The notes below the pieces were generated by a model. The model ran no database searches, was not told the origin of the DNA, and was given only the letters and a program-made list of their open reading frames with translations. Source: Eledone cirrhosa (taxonomy: Eukaryota). Taken from it: a stretch of DNA of 64,000 nucleotides. Within the stretch, counting starts at the first letter, position 1. Every line of letters starts with the position of its first letter. Location of the stretch: assembly GCA_964016885.1 (NCBI GenBank), contig OZ024740.1, positions 139,128,001 through 139,192,000 on the forward strand, in the 5' to 3' direction. The translations under genes were made by a program, and so were the position numbers. Below, piece after piece: positions 1-13,735 of the stretch.

Positions 1-247
1 CACAGGACAGTCAAATCCAAAGGATGTATGTAGGCCCATTAATGGTGTGTAAGTATTATTGTTCAATCCGTAACAGTGAGTCCTCTATGGTTAGATGATC
101 ACGGATCAAAACCTAGTGTAGTGTTAAGTCGGTAGGAACGTGACAGTCGTAATTATGGGAGCTCAATGTCTAAAGGAAACGGGTACTGTGTGTAGAGTTA
201 TGTATAGAGAGCGTAATCGGTCCTAACTAAATGTGTAATACGACTAG

Positions 248-333
<86 letters not shown>

Positions 334-1176
334 TATATATATCTTAAGCACCTTTAAAATGATCCTATTATTTAATGAGTTTTTCTTTAACAATTTAAAT
401 TTTTTTAAATGATCTTCCTTAAATTTAGTATTTTTACCATTTGATATTCTTTTCCTAATGATACTCTTCTTAGTCTATTTTTTAGATGTAGAATGATACT
501 CTTTAATTGACATTCTGAATGATATCCTCTTTGCGATAGTTCTTCGAAATGCATTCTTGACTTATCTAATAATTAATAATACATTTTTTCCTCTCTTTAA
601 TCTTCAAACTTTTCACACATCTTTCGTCGTAAATAATATGCAATTGAAAATTCTCATCCTTGAGAAATATATACTATAAAATACCTAATAATCTCACACA
701 AAATAATATATAATTTTCTCTACATACTTTCTAAATAAATCATTCATCAAATTTAATGATTAGCAAATAATATTGGAGTTATCTTTTCCTTTACAATTGA
801 GCAAACATAGTCATGATAACTTGTATGATAAATTATATAATTTCGCTAAATTAACAATGTTCTGAAAACATTTTCAATGTTGGAACAAAACATTTAAATC
901 TACAAATTGTTCTTCTCTTACAACTTGAACTACGTCTTTTTCTTAAATATTTATCTAAAATATTTATGTAAGATCTAAAATCAACATCCTTCGTAACTCA
1001 TATTAGAAATATAAACAATTAATACGTGTGGTTTATTTCTATAAAATCACCAATAATATGTTATACTTGCTCAATTATTAATCTATATAGATATTTATAT
1101 ACTTACAACCTGTTGCAATGTAATAAGATAAAATGTACTTACAACCATAATTCTTCATTTAATCTAATTGATTATA

Positions 1177-1836
1177 TCTATATATATAAAGCTGTGGTTG
1201 TCTGTCTGTCTATCTATTTTTGGCACACATCTCCTCTTAGAATCTCTGACGGAATTGCACCGAAATTGCTATACTTGTACATTGAGCCCTAGCGAAGACA
1301 TCGGAAAAAAAATATTTTAAATTGACCCACCCTATGTGACGAAATCGAATCTAATGTATCGATTTTTGAGCGTAAGTGACGAGTTATTTCCCTTTGTTCT
1401 GTTTACATTGAGCGTCTTACGTTCTGTTTACATTTTCTGCGTGCAAAAATTAAAAAAATTACGCTGGCTTTCTCAGCGTTTAAAATGACATTAACACAAT
1501 ACACGAACAGTTGTCGAGCCAGCAAAATTTTGACCTGCAAAATTCATCAGTTCGAACACTAAGCTTCCGTTTTGCTTCATTTCCATTTAAAAGCCCTTTA
1601 AAACAATATTTTTACTTGAAAACAAGTCTATTTAAAGACTACGTAAAACAAGCAAATATTTCGTAAAAAAAAGCAAAAATTATATAAGTTTATTTAAAAT
1701 ATATGTATCTGTAAATTTCGTTAGGCGTGCAGACAGACAGTCGTGCAGACAGACTTTAAGCCCAAAAAGAAACTTAACATTGTAACTTTAACACAGCTAC
1801 TGAGCGACCCCGAGCAACGCCGGGCTTTACTGCTAG
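1177..1836 (+). mobile_element. Non-autonomous Helitron
   Basis: Starts A|TCTATATATATAAAG followed by (GTCT)n. Ends with subterminal hairpin CCCGAGCAACGCCGGG then CTAG|T. Inserted between A and T with no TSD. Confidence 0.8.
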
Positions 1837-2201
1837 TATACAATATTGTAACTCATACTATAGCTAAATAATTTTTTAAATTCTGGAATCATATTCCACC
1901 GTTCCTACAAACTGTTAATTCTTTTTAAATTCATGTAAATACAAGCCTTTCTTTCTTTCTCTTTCTTCTTCCTACACATACATATATATATATCCTAATA
2001 ATTATTTAAATCTACCTAGCGTCTAAAAATAACGTTTTTTTTTCAGCCCTATACCTCAACCTCAGTTGCATACTCATCTTAATAATTTGAAATAATTGAC
2101 TTTTCTTCTCTTTCCTTTCTTTCCTTTTACTAGCCAGGAAAAACTTGAACCGTTAAGATCTCCTTCCTGGATATGTCAATATTTATAAAACAAACTTTGT
2201 A

Positions 2202-2258
2202 TTTTATCTGATGAGAGCGTACCAAAGTTTTGGTAGCATTGAAATATATATAATAGAA
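2202..2258 (+). ncRNA. Type I hammerhead ribozyme motif
   Basis: TTTTAT-CTGATGA-stem II (TACCAAA/TTTGGTA)-GAAA-TATATA-TA-ATAGAA. Stem I TTTTAT/ATAGAA; palindromic stem III. Confidence 0.65.
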
Positions 2259-2401
2259 TAAATATGGTTTTATAAATATAGTTTCCATTTATTTAATATC
2301 ATTCATATTATACTCCGGAAAACTTGTCGAGTGCTTCGAATCAGTTATAAACATATATATTTGTTGAATTACCAACAAATTAAATATCCCTTTTGCTTAT
2401 A

Positions 2402-2443
<42 letters not shown>

Positions 2444-2449
2444 TGTTAT

Positions 2450-2552
2450 CTCGCCGAGGTTAACTTTGCCTTTCATCCTTACGGGGTCGATAAAATAAAG
2501 TACCAGTAATGCACTGGGTAACTGCTGGCCTTGTGCCAAAGTAGAAAAAATT
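2450..2552 (+). mobile_element. tRNA-derived SINE fragment (3' part)
   Basis: GCCGAGGTTAACTTTGCCTTTCATCC..GGGGTCGATAAAATAAAGTACCAGT; recurs at about 5485, 10490, 13200(-), 14350 and 42120(-). Confidence 0.75.
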
Positions 2553-2580
2553 ATATTATTTTTTTATATATATATATATA

Positions 2581-3570
2581 TACAAATAAATATATGATAG
2601 GGATAAACACTGATACAAGTATACATGTGTTCGCATTGCAAATGACCAAGTTAGCTAGATTGAAAAATACTAATTAAAATAATACGGTTTGCCTCTCGAT
2701 TTAAAATAATAAATCAATAAAAACAAACCTATATTGCCAATAGTCGTGATACCCGGACAAATTTTAAATTTTAAATTTGTTTCGCAACAATTAAGTGAAA
2801 GTTCCTATTCCTGTGCTTTTCTGCGGGTATCCAGAAATTGGTAAGTTTCACTTCAAAATGCTTAAGAAGACTGAGAGAAATGTGTTGTTGAACGCACATG
2901 TGTTACAGCGCCTAGCTTGTCTCATACTCGTGCCGCTAAAAATAGCAGCCGGTTTTATGGGACTAAAAATTAGCTCAACGCATGGAGCCGAGAATATTAT
3001 ATATAGAGTTATAAACTCAAATAGTCTTTTACAAATAAATAGCTCAAAGACAGGAATATTTCAGAGCCGTAAATGAATATATGATAGGGATAAACACTGA
3101 TACAAGTAAACATGTGTTCGCATTGCAGGCGCTGTGACACATGTGCTTTCAACAACACATTTCTCTCAGTCTTCTTAAGTATTTTGAAGTGAAACTTACC
3201 AATTTCTGGATACCTGCAGAAGAGCACAGGAATGGGAACTTTCACTTAATTGTTGCGAAACAAATTAAAAATTTAAAATTTAAAATTTGTCCAGGTATCA
3301 CGGCTATTGCCAATATAGGTTTGTTTTTATTGATTTATTATTTTAAATCGAGACAGGCAAACCGTATTATTTTAATTAGTATTTTTCAATCTAGCTAACT
3401 TGGTCATTTGCAATACGAACACATGTATACTTGTATCAGTGTTTATCCCTATCATATATTCATTTGTATTACACGGCTCAGAAATATTCCTTTCTTTGAG
3501 CTATTAAATTGTAATTTAATTGTAAAAGACTATTTGAGTTTATGACCATTTGAGTTTATAACTCTATATA
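2581..3570. repeat. Permuted tandem plus inverted repeat unit: A-B-D-C-A followed by inverted (C-A-B)
   Basis: 2581-2913 is the reverse complement of 3127-3468, and 3003-3073 of about 3474-3570. 2590-2640 is repeated directly at about 3075-3127. Related sequence at about 30515-30610. Confidence 0.85.
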
Positions 3571-3629
3571 TATTATATATATATATATGCATTTATTGAT
3601 ATTTGCTTGTTTATCGGAGTTTTGAGTGT

Positions 3630-3795
3630 CTACCTGAGATGTTTGGAAGTTGTGGCACGCCGCCCAGGCTTTGCTCTTCCTCTCGACCACATCATCTTCC
3701 GTATTCCCAATCTTTACTCCCAAATACAGGAAGTCCTTAACCAATTCCGGCAGCTTCCCGCCTACATTAGTAATCTTCTCTGACTTCTTAATATT
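3630..3795 (-). mobile_element. RTE-clade LINE RT fragment
   Basis: Translation LVKDFLYLGVKIGNTEDDVVERKSKAWAAC resembles the RTE RT thumb (F.YLG..I....D+..R..KAW). Confidence 0.6.
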
Positions 3796-3819
3796 GATAT
3801 ACATATATTAATATTAATA

Positions 3820-3876
<57 letters not shown>

Positions 3877-3877
<1 letters not shown>

Positions 3878-4674
3878 TAGATAATTTAATATATCAACTA
3901 ACATAAGCGCACAGATGCACGCCTATGCCAGCAAATACACAGGTTATGTCATAGTACCTAGGTGGTTCAATGCAGGAGGATGCAGAACAATAATATAAAA
4001 GACGTAAAATAAGAAAATCTTTTTTTTTTTTTATTTTTTAAAAAATTTAAGTAAGTAAGTAAAAAATTTAAAAAAAAAATTTTTTTAAAAGAGATTTTCT
4101 TATTTTACGTCTTTTATATTATTGTTCTGCATCCTCCTGCATTGAACCACCTAGGTACTATGACATAACCTGTGTATTTGCTGGCATAGGCGTGCATCTG
4201 TGCGCTTATGTTAGTTGATATATTAAATTATCTATATTTATCTCCAAATCACTGATTTGTCGAGCAAACCTGCCAAAACCACTTCTAAAAAAATTTTTTT
4301 GGGGGGTGTTAGTAGGCGTCAGTCATCTTACCATCCCATTCCTTCTGACTAGCCTCTGTGTCACGTGATTGATTCTTTAGAATCGGCCATTTGACTAGAA
4401 GCAGTGAGGATTTCAGTGCATGGAATTCAGTCCTCGCTAGCTGTTCCATCTACCGAATTATTATTATTTTTATATGAGCAGCCAGTGTCCGCGCATTGCC
4501 TGGAGACTTAGCTGAGAATAGACTCCCTGATGACGCAATGAATTCTCGACAGTTAGATTGCGTAACTGTTTTTATCCCATTGCAGAAACTAATTAGTTGG
4601 AGTGAAAATTTAAGTAAGTAAGTAAAAAAAATTTAAAAAAAATTTTTTTTTAAAAAAGATTTTCTTATTTTACG

Positions 4675-4682
<8 letters not shown>
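3877..4682 (+). mobile_element. Hammerhead-bearing foldback/partial-tandem element (Penelope pLTR-like)
   Basis: 3877-4021 is inverted to 4091-4235. About 4040-4115 is repeated directly at about 4606-4682. Hammerhead at 4522-4603; (TA)n on both sides. Confidence 0.7.
4522..4603 (+). ncRNA. Type I hammerhead ribozyme motif
   Basis: ACTCC-CTGATGA-CGCAATG...CATTGCA-GAAA-CTAATTAG-TT-GGAGT. Stem I 5 bp, stem II GCAATG/CATTGC, palindromic stem III. Confidence 0.8.
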
Positions 4683-4753
<71 letters not shown>

Positions 4754-4894
4754 AATTAAAATACTAGAGTGTGTTGGAGTTACACACCCTCTTCGTATTA
4801 TAGAAATGACAGTAAAAGTATAGCTCAATGTAATTAAACAGAGCCGAAGAATTATGAAAATAAACCAAAGAAGCCTTCAATACATCAAAAGTCT

Positions 4895-4945
4895 TTATTA
4901 GCCAACAATGTTTCGTCCTATTAAGGACTCATCAGGGCAATTAAA
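4895..4945 (-). ncRNA. Type I hammerhead ribozyme motif
   Basis: Minus strand GCC-CTGATGA-GTCCT-TAAT-AGGAC-GAAA-CATTG-TT-GGC followed immediately by TAATAAA. Confidence 0.85.
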
Positions 4946-5407
4946 GCTATAAGAAGCACTATCGGCCAATACAAGCCAAAAAACTCAGAAGAATATGGAG
5001 TGTACAAACATTAAAGCATAGGAAAATATCAAGTAAAAATTGCTAAGGAAGTGAATAACATTTTGAACCATATTACAAATATAGTCCAATGCAAAAAACT
5101 AAAGCTAAACAAAGGTGGTAATATAGAGCGGGAATTATTGCACTATATATAATATAATATAATATAATATAATATAATATAATATAATATAATTGATAAT
5201 AATAATAATAATATTAAAAGGCCCAATATACATATATATATATATATATACATATGTACACACATATACATATATATCAATACACATTTCCATCAATCCA
5301 AGCACAAACTAACCCTTATTAAGAGTTTATGTTGATCAAAACTGGAACCCTCTTGCATAGTCCACTATATACATTGGTTTTTTTTACCCCTCTTTACATA
5401 CGATTTT

Positions 5408-5556
5408 AAGGCGGTGAATTGCCACGTTCTTTAGAATGGTTTGATGTATTCGTTCCGGCTCTCTGCTCTCTGAGTTCAAATCCTGCCGAGGTCAACTTTG
5501 CCTCTTATCCTTTCGAGGTCAATAAAAAAAGTACCAGTCTAGTACTGGGGTCGATT
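5408..5556 (+). mobile_element. tRNA-derived SINE
   Basis: B-box-like GAGTTCAAATCC followed by the same body as 2450-2552. Confidence 0.7.
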
Positions 5557-6388
5557 CTTCCTCTATATCTCTTTCTCATTTCCTGTCTCTCACTTCCTAT
5601 CTTTCTCTGGAAGAAGTCTGCTGTACTCAGGCCTGGAGAGGGATGGGCTCTGCCAAGCTTAACATGCCCAACAAACGCCGTATGTCAAATGGCGCCGCTA
5701 CAACTCTATCAGGAGTTACGAGACCATACATACCGTTTTATAACTTCTCACTTCTCTTCCCCGATAAGGATATGTATTTGTCTTAAATATTAAAAACAGT
5801 CATTAATTGTAAACATGTCCTGTTTCAAAGGATGCTAGTCACCATATAAAGAATGTAATTCAATCTACTTTTATTTTTTTACGACTACATCAGTGAGCAC
5901 CTCGCTACCTACATCACTTTTTGCTTTGCCTTCACAGGACTAATATCCGAAAATATTTATTTGTAATTATTCTCTCCATTTCCTCCTGGGTAGATTGTTG
6001 TAAAATCTACGTCGTTATCATCGCATTTAATATTCAGGTCAAGCGCTCTGGACTGTACGTATGAATTTTGTTTCTTACGTGAACTTCGACGAAATGATCT
6101 ACCGTATTGCATTTTACCGTAAGGTATCGTCTCGTGTTGCGTTGCTTCCTTGGTGCTCTGGCAAAAGCGATACTGTATTTAATGAATCGAAATCTTAATG
6201 ATCTCCAGCAAGTAGCTAAAGGCAGACGTAACTTGAACAGACACGAACATATATATATGCGTGTAAATCTGAGTTTTTCGAATATTAATATTAATATTTG
6301 ATTCGTTTGCAGTTATGCCAACAACCTCTTAAACCATGTGAGTATAAAGACCCCGTCATTCTTGCTCTCGTGTTGGCATATAAACAGA

Positions 6389-6435
6389 ACGGCAGACACT
6401 AATGTTTCTGCGTTATTACCCTTCATCAGTACCGT
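6389..6435 (-). ncRNA. Type I hammerhead ribozyme motif
   Basis: Minus strand ACGGTA-CTGATGA-AGGGTAATAACGCA-GAAA-CATTAGTG-TC-TGCCGT. Stem I 6 bp, GUC triplet, decayed stem II. Confidence 0.75.
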
Positions 6436-6536
6436 ATAGTGTTTACCTAACCACTGTCAGAACTAATGTAAATATATGATATTTTCTGAAAGATACAGTG
6501 ACTGATCGGTCTGATTTGCATATTAGCAGACCAATT

Positions 6537-6614
<78 letters not shown>

Positions 6615-7079
6615 TAAAATATAGAGAAAAATACTGCAGGTAGCACATGGTAACATGTAATAAAATAGTCCCTCATCAGTGATTTGCCGAAGATCATAGA
6701 TATTTCATTGCATTAAAAATCATATATCTCACTTCGGTGCAATAATAACCAAAATAAGTTATTAGGACAATTAAAACGCGTAAAGCGAGTGAGACAGGAG
6801 AACAACAGAAAATATAGCATACCGTGGGAGAGAAACAAGCTTCAAAAATTATTCTGTTAGCGTAAGCTAGGTGAATATATGAGCGCTAGGGAAAGAATAG
6901 TCCAGCACGAACGAAGGCCATTGAGCAGAGAGAGAAAAAATAGCGTCCGTGAGTGCAGGATGAAATGAAGAGAAGAGGGAGAAAAACAGTGAGTGAGTGA
7001 AAGTGTGAGGAAGAGTTAACGGACAAGACAGAGGGGGAGAAACAGAGAGAATGGGGGAACAGTAAGAGAGAGAGAAAAA

Positions 7080-7140
<61 letters not shown>

Positions 7141-7211
7141 ACATATTTATATATATATATATATATATATAATAAACAAAAAAGACAGTTACTTTAGTAC
7201 ATCCCTATTTA

Positions 7212-7284
7212 TTTTATTATACGTATTTCGAAGGTGTATGGCTTATGTATAACATAACTCAAATCATGTACCCTTCAGATAAAA
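7212..7284 (-). ncRNA. Degenerate hammerhead motif
   Basis: Minus strand TTTAT-CTGAAGG...TTC-GAAA-TACGTA-TA-ATAAA. Homologous copy at 44797-44863. Confidence 0.55.
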
Positions 7285-7344
7285 TCCACAGGAAATTTAA
7301 ATATCATTTGATATGCAGGCGGGCAGACGTGCTATTTGGCAAGC

Positions 7345-7560
7345 ATTTTATATATATATATTTCTTTTCGTTGCTTCACCCTTCGCGTCTGTTTACATTT
7401 ATTTCTCTCTCTCCCCTTTTTTTTATCCCAATAACTTACTTTAGTTATTGTTCGCCCTAGGCTGAGGTGTCTTGTCTCTAACACGAAGAAATATCTATGA
7501 TTCCTAGCAAACAACGGATTTTGGATATTGCCCTCTTTCGTCCGTAACTTTCATTTTCAT
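7345..7560 (+). repeat. Interspersed repeat family with decayed hammerhead-like cores, ending at (TA)n
   Basis: Clear similarity to about 44320-44527 (+) and about 6670-6775 (-): CCAATAACTTA.TT.GTTATT...GAAATATCTATGAT. Confidence 0.7.
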
Positions 7561-7794
7561 TATATATATATTTTTTCAATCAGATTTTTTTCAATGATAT
7601 TGTTTTTGTTTGACCCGAATTACTTGGTCGTTTCTATGGCTGTGCGGATAATGGTTTAACCATCGTCTCAGTGTGTTTGGTCTTTTAACGTATGTTGTAG
7701 CTCTGGTTCGTTAGAATCTATTGAGCACTTGCCACACATCTCGGAAGTTGCTTTTCGCTAATTTCCAATTGCCGAAATACGATTCTCGCTAATT

Positions 7795-7831
<37 letters not shown>

Positions 7832-7993
7832 ATATACATCTGTGTGTGTGTGTGTGTGTGTGTTTGTTATTCAAAGATAGAGCTCTATAAACAGACATTC
7901 GAATGACGTTCAAACATAGAGTTTCAATGAGATATTTCCATTCGTATATATAAGTGATTAGAAATGTACATTCACATTATACGTGAGTCTAAT

Positions 7994-8122
<129 letters not shown>

Positions 8123-8612
8123 TGTGTGTGTGTAATATATACAGACATATATTTATCCTCAGCTTATCAGAAACACAGTACATATCACTGTGCGCCATCG
8201 AGTTCATTTCCAGAATATGTCTACTATATGTTTCTGTGTCTGCATACATTCAAATTTGTGTGTGAATATATGAATCTCTATGTCTGTTTATGTATTCATA
8301 CAAGACACAGAGAGAGGAAGAGAAATTGAGAAATTGAGAGACAGAAAGGGAGAGAGGGAAAGAGAGTGGAGGTAACAGAATGTTTTGTTGCTTTTTATAT
8401 AAGCATGCTTTGAAGATTTAGATAATTCCTTGAAACGGATATAACTCTTGGAAGAGAAGAAAGGCCCTATTTTAGCCGTGTATTTATTCCAGACAGCTCT
8501 CTCTATATCATGTCTATCGTGACAGGGTTAGGGGTACAACGACCTTGTTCAGTTCGATCTTCATACACGCTCACTCACACATGCAGACACATGTACAGGT
8601 ACACACACACTC

Positions 8613-8720
<108 letters not shown>

Positions 8721-8780
8721 TTATGTATGCATATGAATATATCATTTAACACCCGTTCTAGCTGTTAGATGCATGAGTAT

Positions 8781-8836
<56 letters not shown>

Positions 8837-9892
8837 GTATGTATATATATATATATCCGAAACGATAATGATTTCCAGAGGTTAACTGAAGAGATAGATT
8901 GTCCATTGTCTTTGTCCTTTGAATATGCATATATATTGGCGGTGCTCCAGCATGGCTTCAGTCGGATGGCTGGAACAGGTAAATAAATAAAAGAGTTATA
9001 TATATATATATATATAAATATAAATTCAGTGAGAATCGCATTTCGGTGGGTAGAAAAAGCGAAACGTAACGCAAATTCCGAGTCAGTATATATAGTACTC
9101 AAACGAGTTATTTCCATGTGTATGACATCTGCTATGGCTTAGTAGCCCAGCCATTGACATACTCGTCCGAATACCTCACAAGTAAGAGTCTCTTTCGAAC
9201 TCCGTTCTGGGAGACAACAGACATTCCCAATATATTTAGTTACTCGCTTCACTTCAGTACAGACCCTTTTCTTCTTTTCAAATTCCTTAACACTGGCACC
9301 ACTGGGCGCTCTGTTGCATGGTTTTCTAATGTTTCAGTGTTGATGTTGATCTTCTTCAGAGTATCTTTTAGGCAATATTAAAATGCTTAAAATGCTACAG
9401 GCGTTTGCCTTTTAACAGTTCTTCATACAATATTTGTTTTGGGAGTCTGTTGTCTTCTAGGCGTGATATGACCTCCGCAGGCGCTGTTTCAGGATCATGG
9501 TCTCGATGCTTGGCAGGCAGGCTTGCTGCTGCACATCAATGTCTGGTGTATGAGACGTCCATTACTGGTGATGATGGTGATAATGATCATTTTTATGGTA
9601 GTGGTGGTGTTAATAATGATGATAATGAAAATTAGTGGGGGTGATAGTGATGTCAGCAGGGGTGGTAGTGATAATTATAGTAATAATGATGATGATGATG
9701 ATGATGATGATGGTGATGGACCATGTTTAGTTCCGGTTTCAAAGCGCAGAACCTGATTGAGTTTAAACTTCCATTGGGAGATGACGCAAATCTCACTATT
9801 CTTACACAACAATCTCAAACGATCTTGTCGCTCCCATTTCCTCTCTTTTCTTCCCTCCCTTCCTTTTTTCGCCACCAACGTTGGCGAAACTA

Positions 9893-9986
<94 letters not shown>

Positions 9987-11164
9987 GGGAAGATGTCTTG
10001 ATTACACCATAAATAGTTGATTGCTTGGATCAACCAGCATTGATTATTGAAACAAATAATATATATATATTCATATATGTGCGTGTATGTAAGTGTGTGT
10101 ATGTGTATGTGTGAGAGAGAGAGAGAGTGTATGTGAGTGTGTGAGTGTGTGTATGAAATAAAGGACACTGGTTATATATATATATTGATCGACAAGATCC
10201 GAGACCGCATTCGATTACCGAGTGGCGTAAAACTCGTCAAAATGGGCCAAGGAAACAATCTTTCCTTTAGTCTTTCCATTGCTGATATTATCTACCGGTC
10301 GCAACTCCTTACAGAACTGTAGTTATAGGTGCTCCTAAACAAAGAGGATGGCCACGGTTGGAAAGTCATTGATGATAGGTCTGATCAATCATCGAAGATC
10401 TAACGATAGAGAAAAATAGACGCGGAACTGGCAGTGTCATTAGAACGCTTCTATTTCTTTCGCTCCTCTGTGATCTGAGTTCAAATCCTGTCGAGATCAA
10501 CTTTGCTTTTCATCCTTCGGTAAAATAAAGTACCATTCGAGGGCGGTGGATTGGCTGAATATTTTGAGTGTTGGACGTGAGGACTTTTGTTCTGCTTCTC
10601 TGCGTTTTTATTTCATATCTTACCATGGCTTCTTTGAGCTGTAGACCTAATACGTCACCCAGTTTAACACCACCACCTGGCCCTCGTACGTCTTTAGCGG
10701 AGTCCAATCAGTTGCAATCATTTGGACCTAGTCACTAGTTTGAGATTAATTTCTCCATTTTCTCTCCACTAGTGACTCATTCAGATGGTGGCTACGCAAG
10801 CCGAAAACGTAGTCATCTCAACTTTGCTTATGAAATTAATGTAAACTGTATGTAACGATTAGCACAACCAGCCTATTATAAAGAGGGAACGGCATCAAAC
10901 TAGTTAGCTGACTTTTTAAATGTATACACCGACCGGAGGGTGAGATCATAGTTGTTTAATGAGGAAGGAGTAATGGTGTCTTCTATTTATTAATATTACT
11001 ACTAATTGTGTTGTGTAAAGCAATAGATTAGTAAAATCGTTTGAGCGTCAGACAAACTGTTTAGTGTTATTTGTTACGGCCCTTTAAGTTCTTAGCAGAG
11101 AAAGAAGAGGTTGTTAATGATATCCCGCATCTATCAGGGATGGGACGTCGCCAGATTATTTCAG

Positions 11165-11165
<1 letters not shown>

Positions 11166-11203
<38 letters not shown>

Positions 11204-11220
11204 GTCGTCGTCGTTATCGC

Positions 11221-11263
<43 letters not shown>

Positions 11264-11500
11264 TTCATCATCATCATCATCATATTCCTCATCATCCCCA
11301 CCATCATCGTCAACATCGTTATCACCACATCCACCACCGACAAAATCATCATTACCATCATCGTTATCATCGTTATCATATTTAGCGTCCCCATCATCAT
11401 TGTCGTTGTTATAGTTGTCGTCATTCTTACTATTATAGTTATCGTCGTCGTTCTTCTTTATATCATCATCATCATTATCTTCATTATCATTATCAACGTC
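11166..11500. repeat. (CAT)n microsatellite, degenerating
   Basis: Direct reading. Confidence 0.95.
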
Positions 11501-12800
11501 AACACCACTACAGTTACGATCACCACCACATTGTGACAACGACTACACCACCACCACACTGTGACAACGACTACACCACCACCACACTGTGACAACGACT
11601 ACACCACCACAGTTACAACAACTTCTACACCACCACCACAGTTACAATCACCTCACCACCACCACACAGTGACAACGTCAACACCACCACAGTTACAACA
11701 ACACCACCACCACACAGTGACAACAATGTCAACACCACCACAGTTACAACAACACCACCACCACACAGTGACAACAACACCACCACAGTTACAACAACAC
11801 CACCACCACACAGTGACAACAACACCACTACAGTTACAACAACACCACCACCACAGTTACAACAACACCACCACCACACAGTGACAACAATGTCAACACC
11901 ACCACAGTTACAACACCACCACCATCACACACTTACAACAACGGCAACACCACCACAGTTACAACACCACCACAGTTACAATAACACCACCACAGTTACA
12001 ACACCACCACACACTTACAACAACGTCAACACCACCACAGTTACAACAACACCACCACAGTTACAACAACACCACCACAGTTACAACACCACCACCACCA
12101 CCACACACTTACAACAACGTCAACACCACCACAGTTACAACAACACTACCACAGTTACAACAACACCACAGTTACAACAACACTACCACAGTTACAACAC
12201 CACCACCACCACACACTTACAACAACGTCAACACCACCACATTTACAACAACACCACCACCACCACACACACTTACAACAATGTCAACACCACCACAGCT
12301 ACAACAACACCACCACCACACACTTACAACGACGTCAACACCACCACAGTTACAACACCACCACAGTTACAACACCACTACAGTTACAACAACACCACCA
12401 CCACACACTTACAACAGCGTCAACACCACCACAGTTACAACACCACCACAGTTACAACAACACCACCACAATTACAACAATACCACCACCACACACTTAC
12501 AACAGCGTCAACACCACCACAGTTACAACACCACACAGTTACAACACCACCACAGTTACAACACCACCACAGTTACAACACCACTACAGTTACAACAACA
12601 CCACCACCACACACTTACAACAGCGTCAACACCACCACAGTTACAACACCACCACAGTTACAACACCACCACAGTTACAACAACACCACCTCAGTTACAA
12701 CAACACCACCACAGTTACAACAATACCACCACCACACACTTACAACAACGTCAACAACCCCTACAAAGTTACAACAATGTCACTACTACAACATTACAAG
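11500..12800. repeat. CA-rich complex minisatellite (CACCACCACAGTTACAA variants)
   Basis: Direct reading; irregular 15-30 bp units. Confidence 0.9.
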
Positions 12801-13154
12801 GTTAACACTATAAAGTTGTAACTACGCCAGCACAACTTTACACAACGATACCGCCACAAAATTCCAGACACTTCAACATCATACACACATTCTTATTAAC
12901 TTAGAAATCAGCACAGTAATTGAAGCCAACAACAGTTACTTCCCCTCCATTTGTCTGTTTGTTTGTTCTTTTATATTTTCTCGCTCATACTTCGTTTTAA
13001 ATCTGTTAATTTTTAAACATTCAGAATTTGAAACATTGACTTTGATTTGTTACATGAGTAATAAGGACTTCAGTAGACGCTGGGTGCAAATATATACGAT
13101 TATAAGATGTTCATGTCTTTTTAAAAAATATTTTTAATAACGTGAGTAAAATAT

Positions 13155-13340
13155 AATTGTTTCTACTTTTGGCACAAGGCCAGCAATTACCAGTGCATTA
13201 CTGGTACATTATTTTATCGACCCCGTAAGGATGAAAGGCAAAGTTAACCTCGGCGGGATTTGAACTCAGAATGGCAAGGACCGTAACTCTATGCGTCAAA
13301 GCATGACGTTCGACCCTCTACCGATACTGCCAATCCACCG
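13155..13340 (-). mobile_element. tRNA-derived SINE, near full length
   Basis: Minus strand: GGCAGTATCGGTAGAG head, GAGTTCAAATCCCGCCGAGG B-box, body as at 2450. Flanked by direct repeat CGTGAGTAAAATATAAT (13141-13157 and 13339-13355). Confidence 0.8.
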
Positions 13341-13735
13341 TGAGTAAAATATAATGTATACAAATCTAATATCTGTCCATCAGAATTGCACATCCTCTCC
13401 CTTCTTTCCTGTATTCTATATTTCTGTCTAACTCTTTGGACAGTGGTCATGTTGGGTCCCAATATGGATGACGAAAGGTTGAGTGACCCGTGATTGTGAA
13501 GTGTCTGAATGGAAGTGACACATGACCATCCAGCTCCGAGAAGTAGAGGCTACTATATCAACGGTATGAAAGGTAAAGTAAAGCACATGCCAAAAGATAC
13601 ACGGTTTATGGTGTAGAACTGATTAACATTTACCTCCGGACGTGTCTGGTATGTAATTTACCCTAGCTAAATATTATTAGTAATTCCTTTTTTATATGTA
13701 AATATCATGATAAACTGATCAATCAGGCTTGATTA

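Noticed and set aside
360-2140. Decayed coding sequence in the AT-rich block split by the Helitron
   Set aside because: No motif could be recognised with confidence by eye; needs a translated search.
2795-3245. Pair of similar ORFs (MKVPIPVLFC...) on opposite strands, and likewise 60643/60733
   Set aside because: Consequence of the inverted repeats; no protein motifs.
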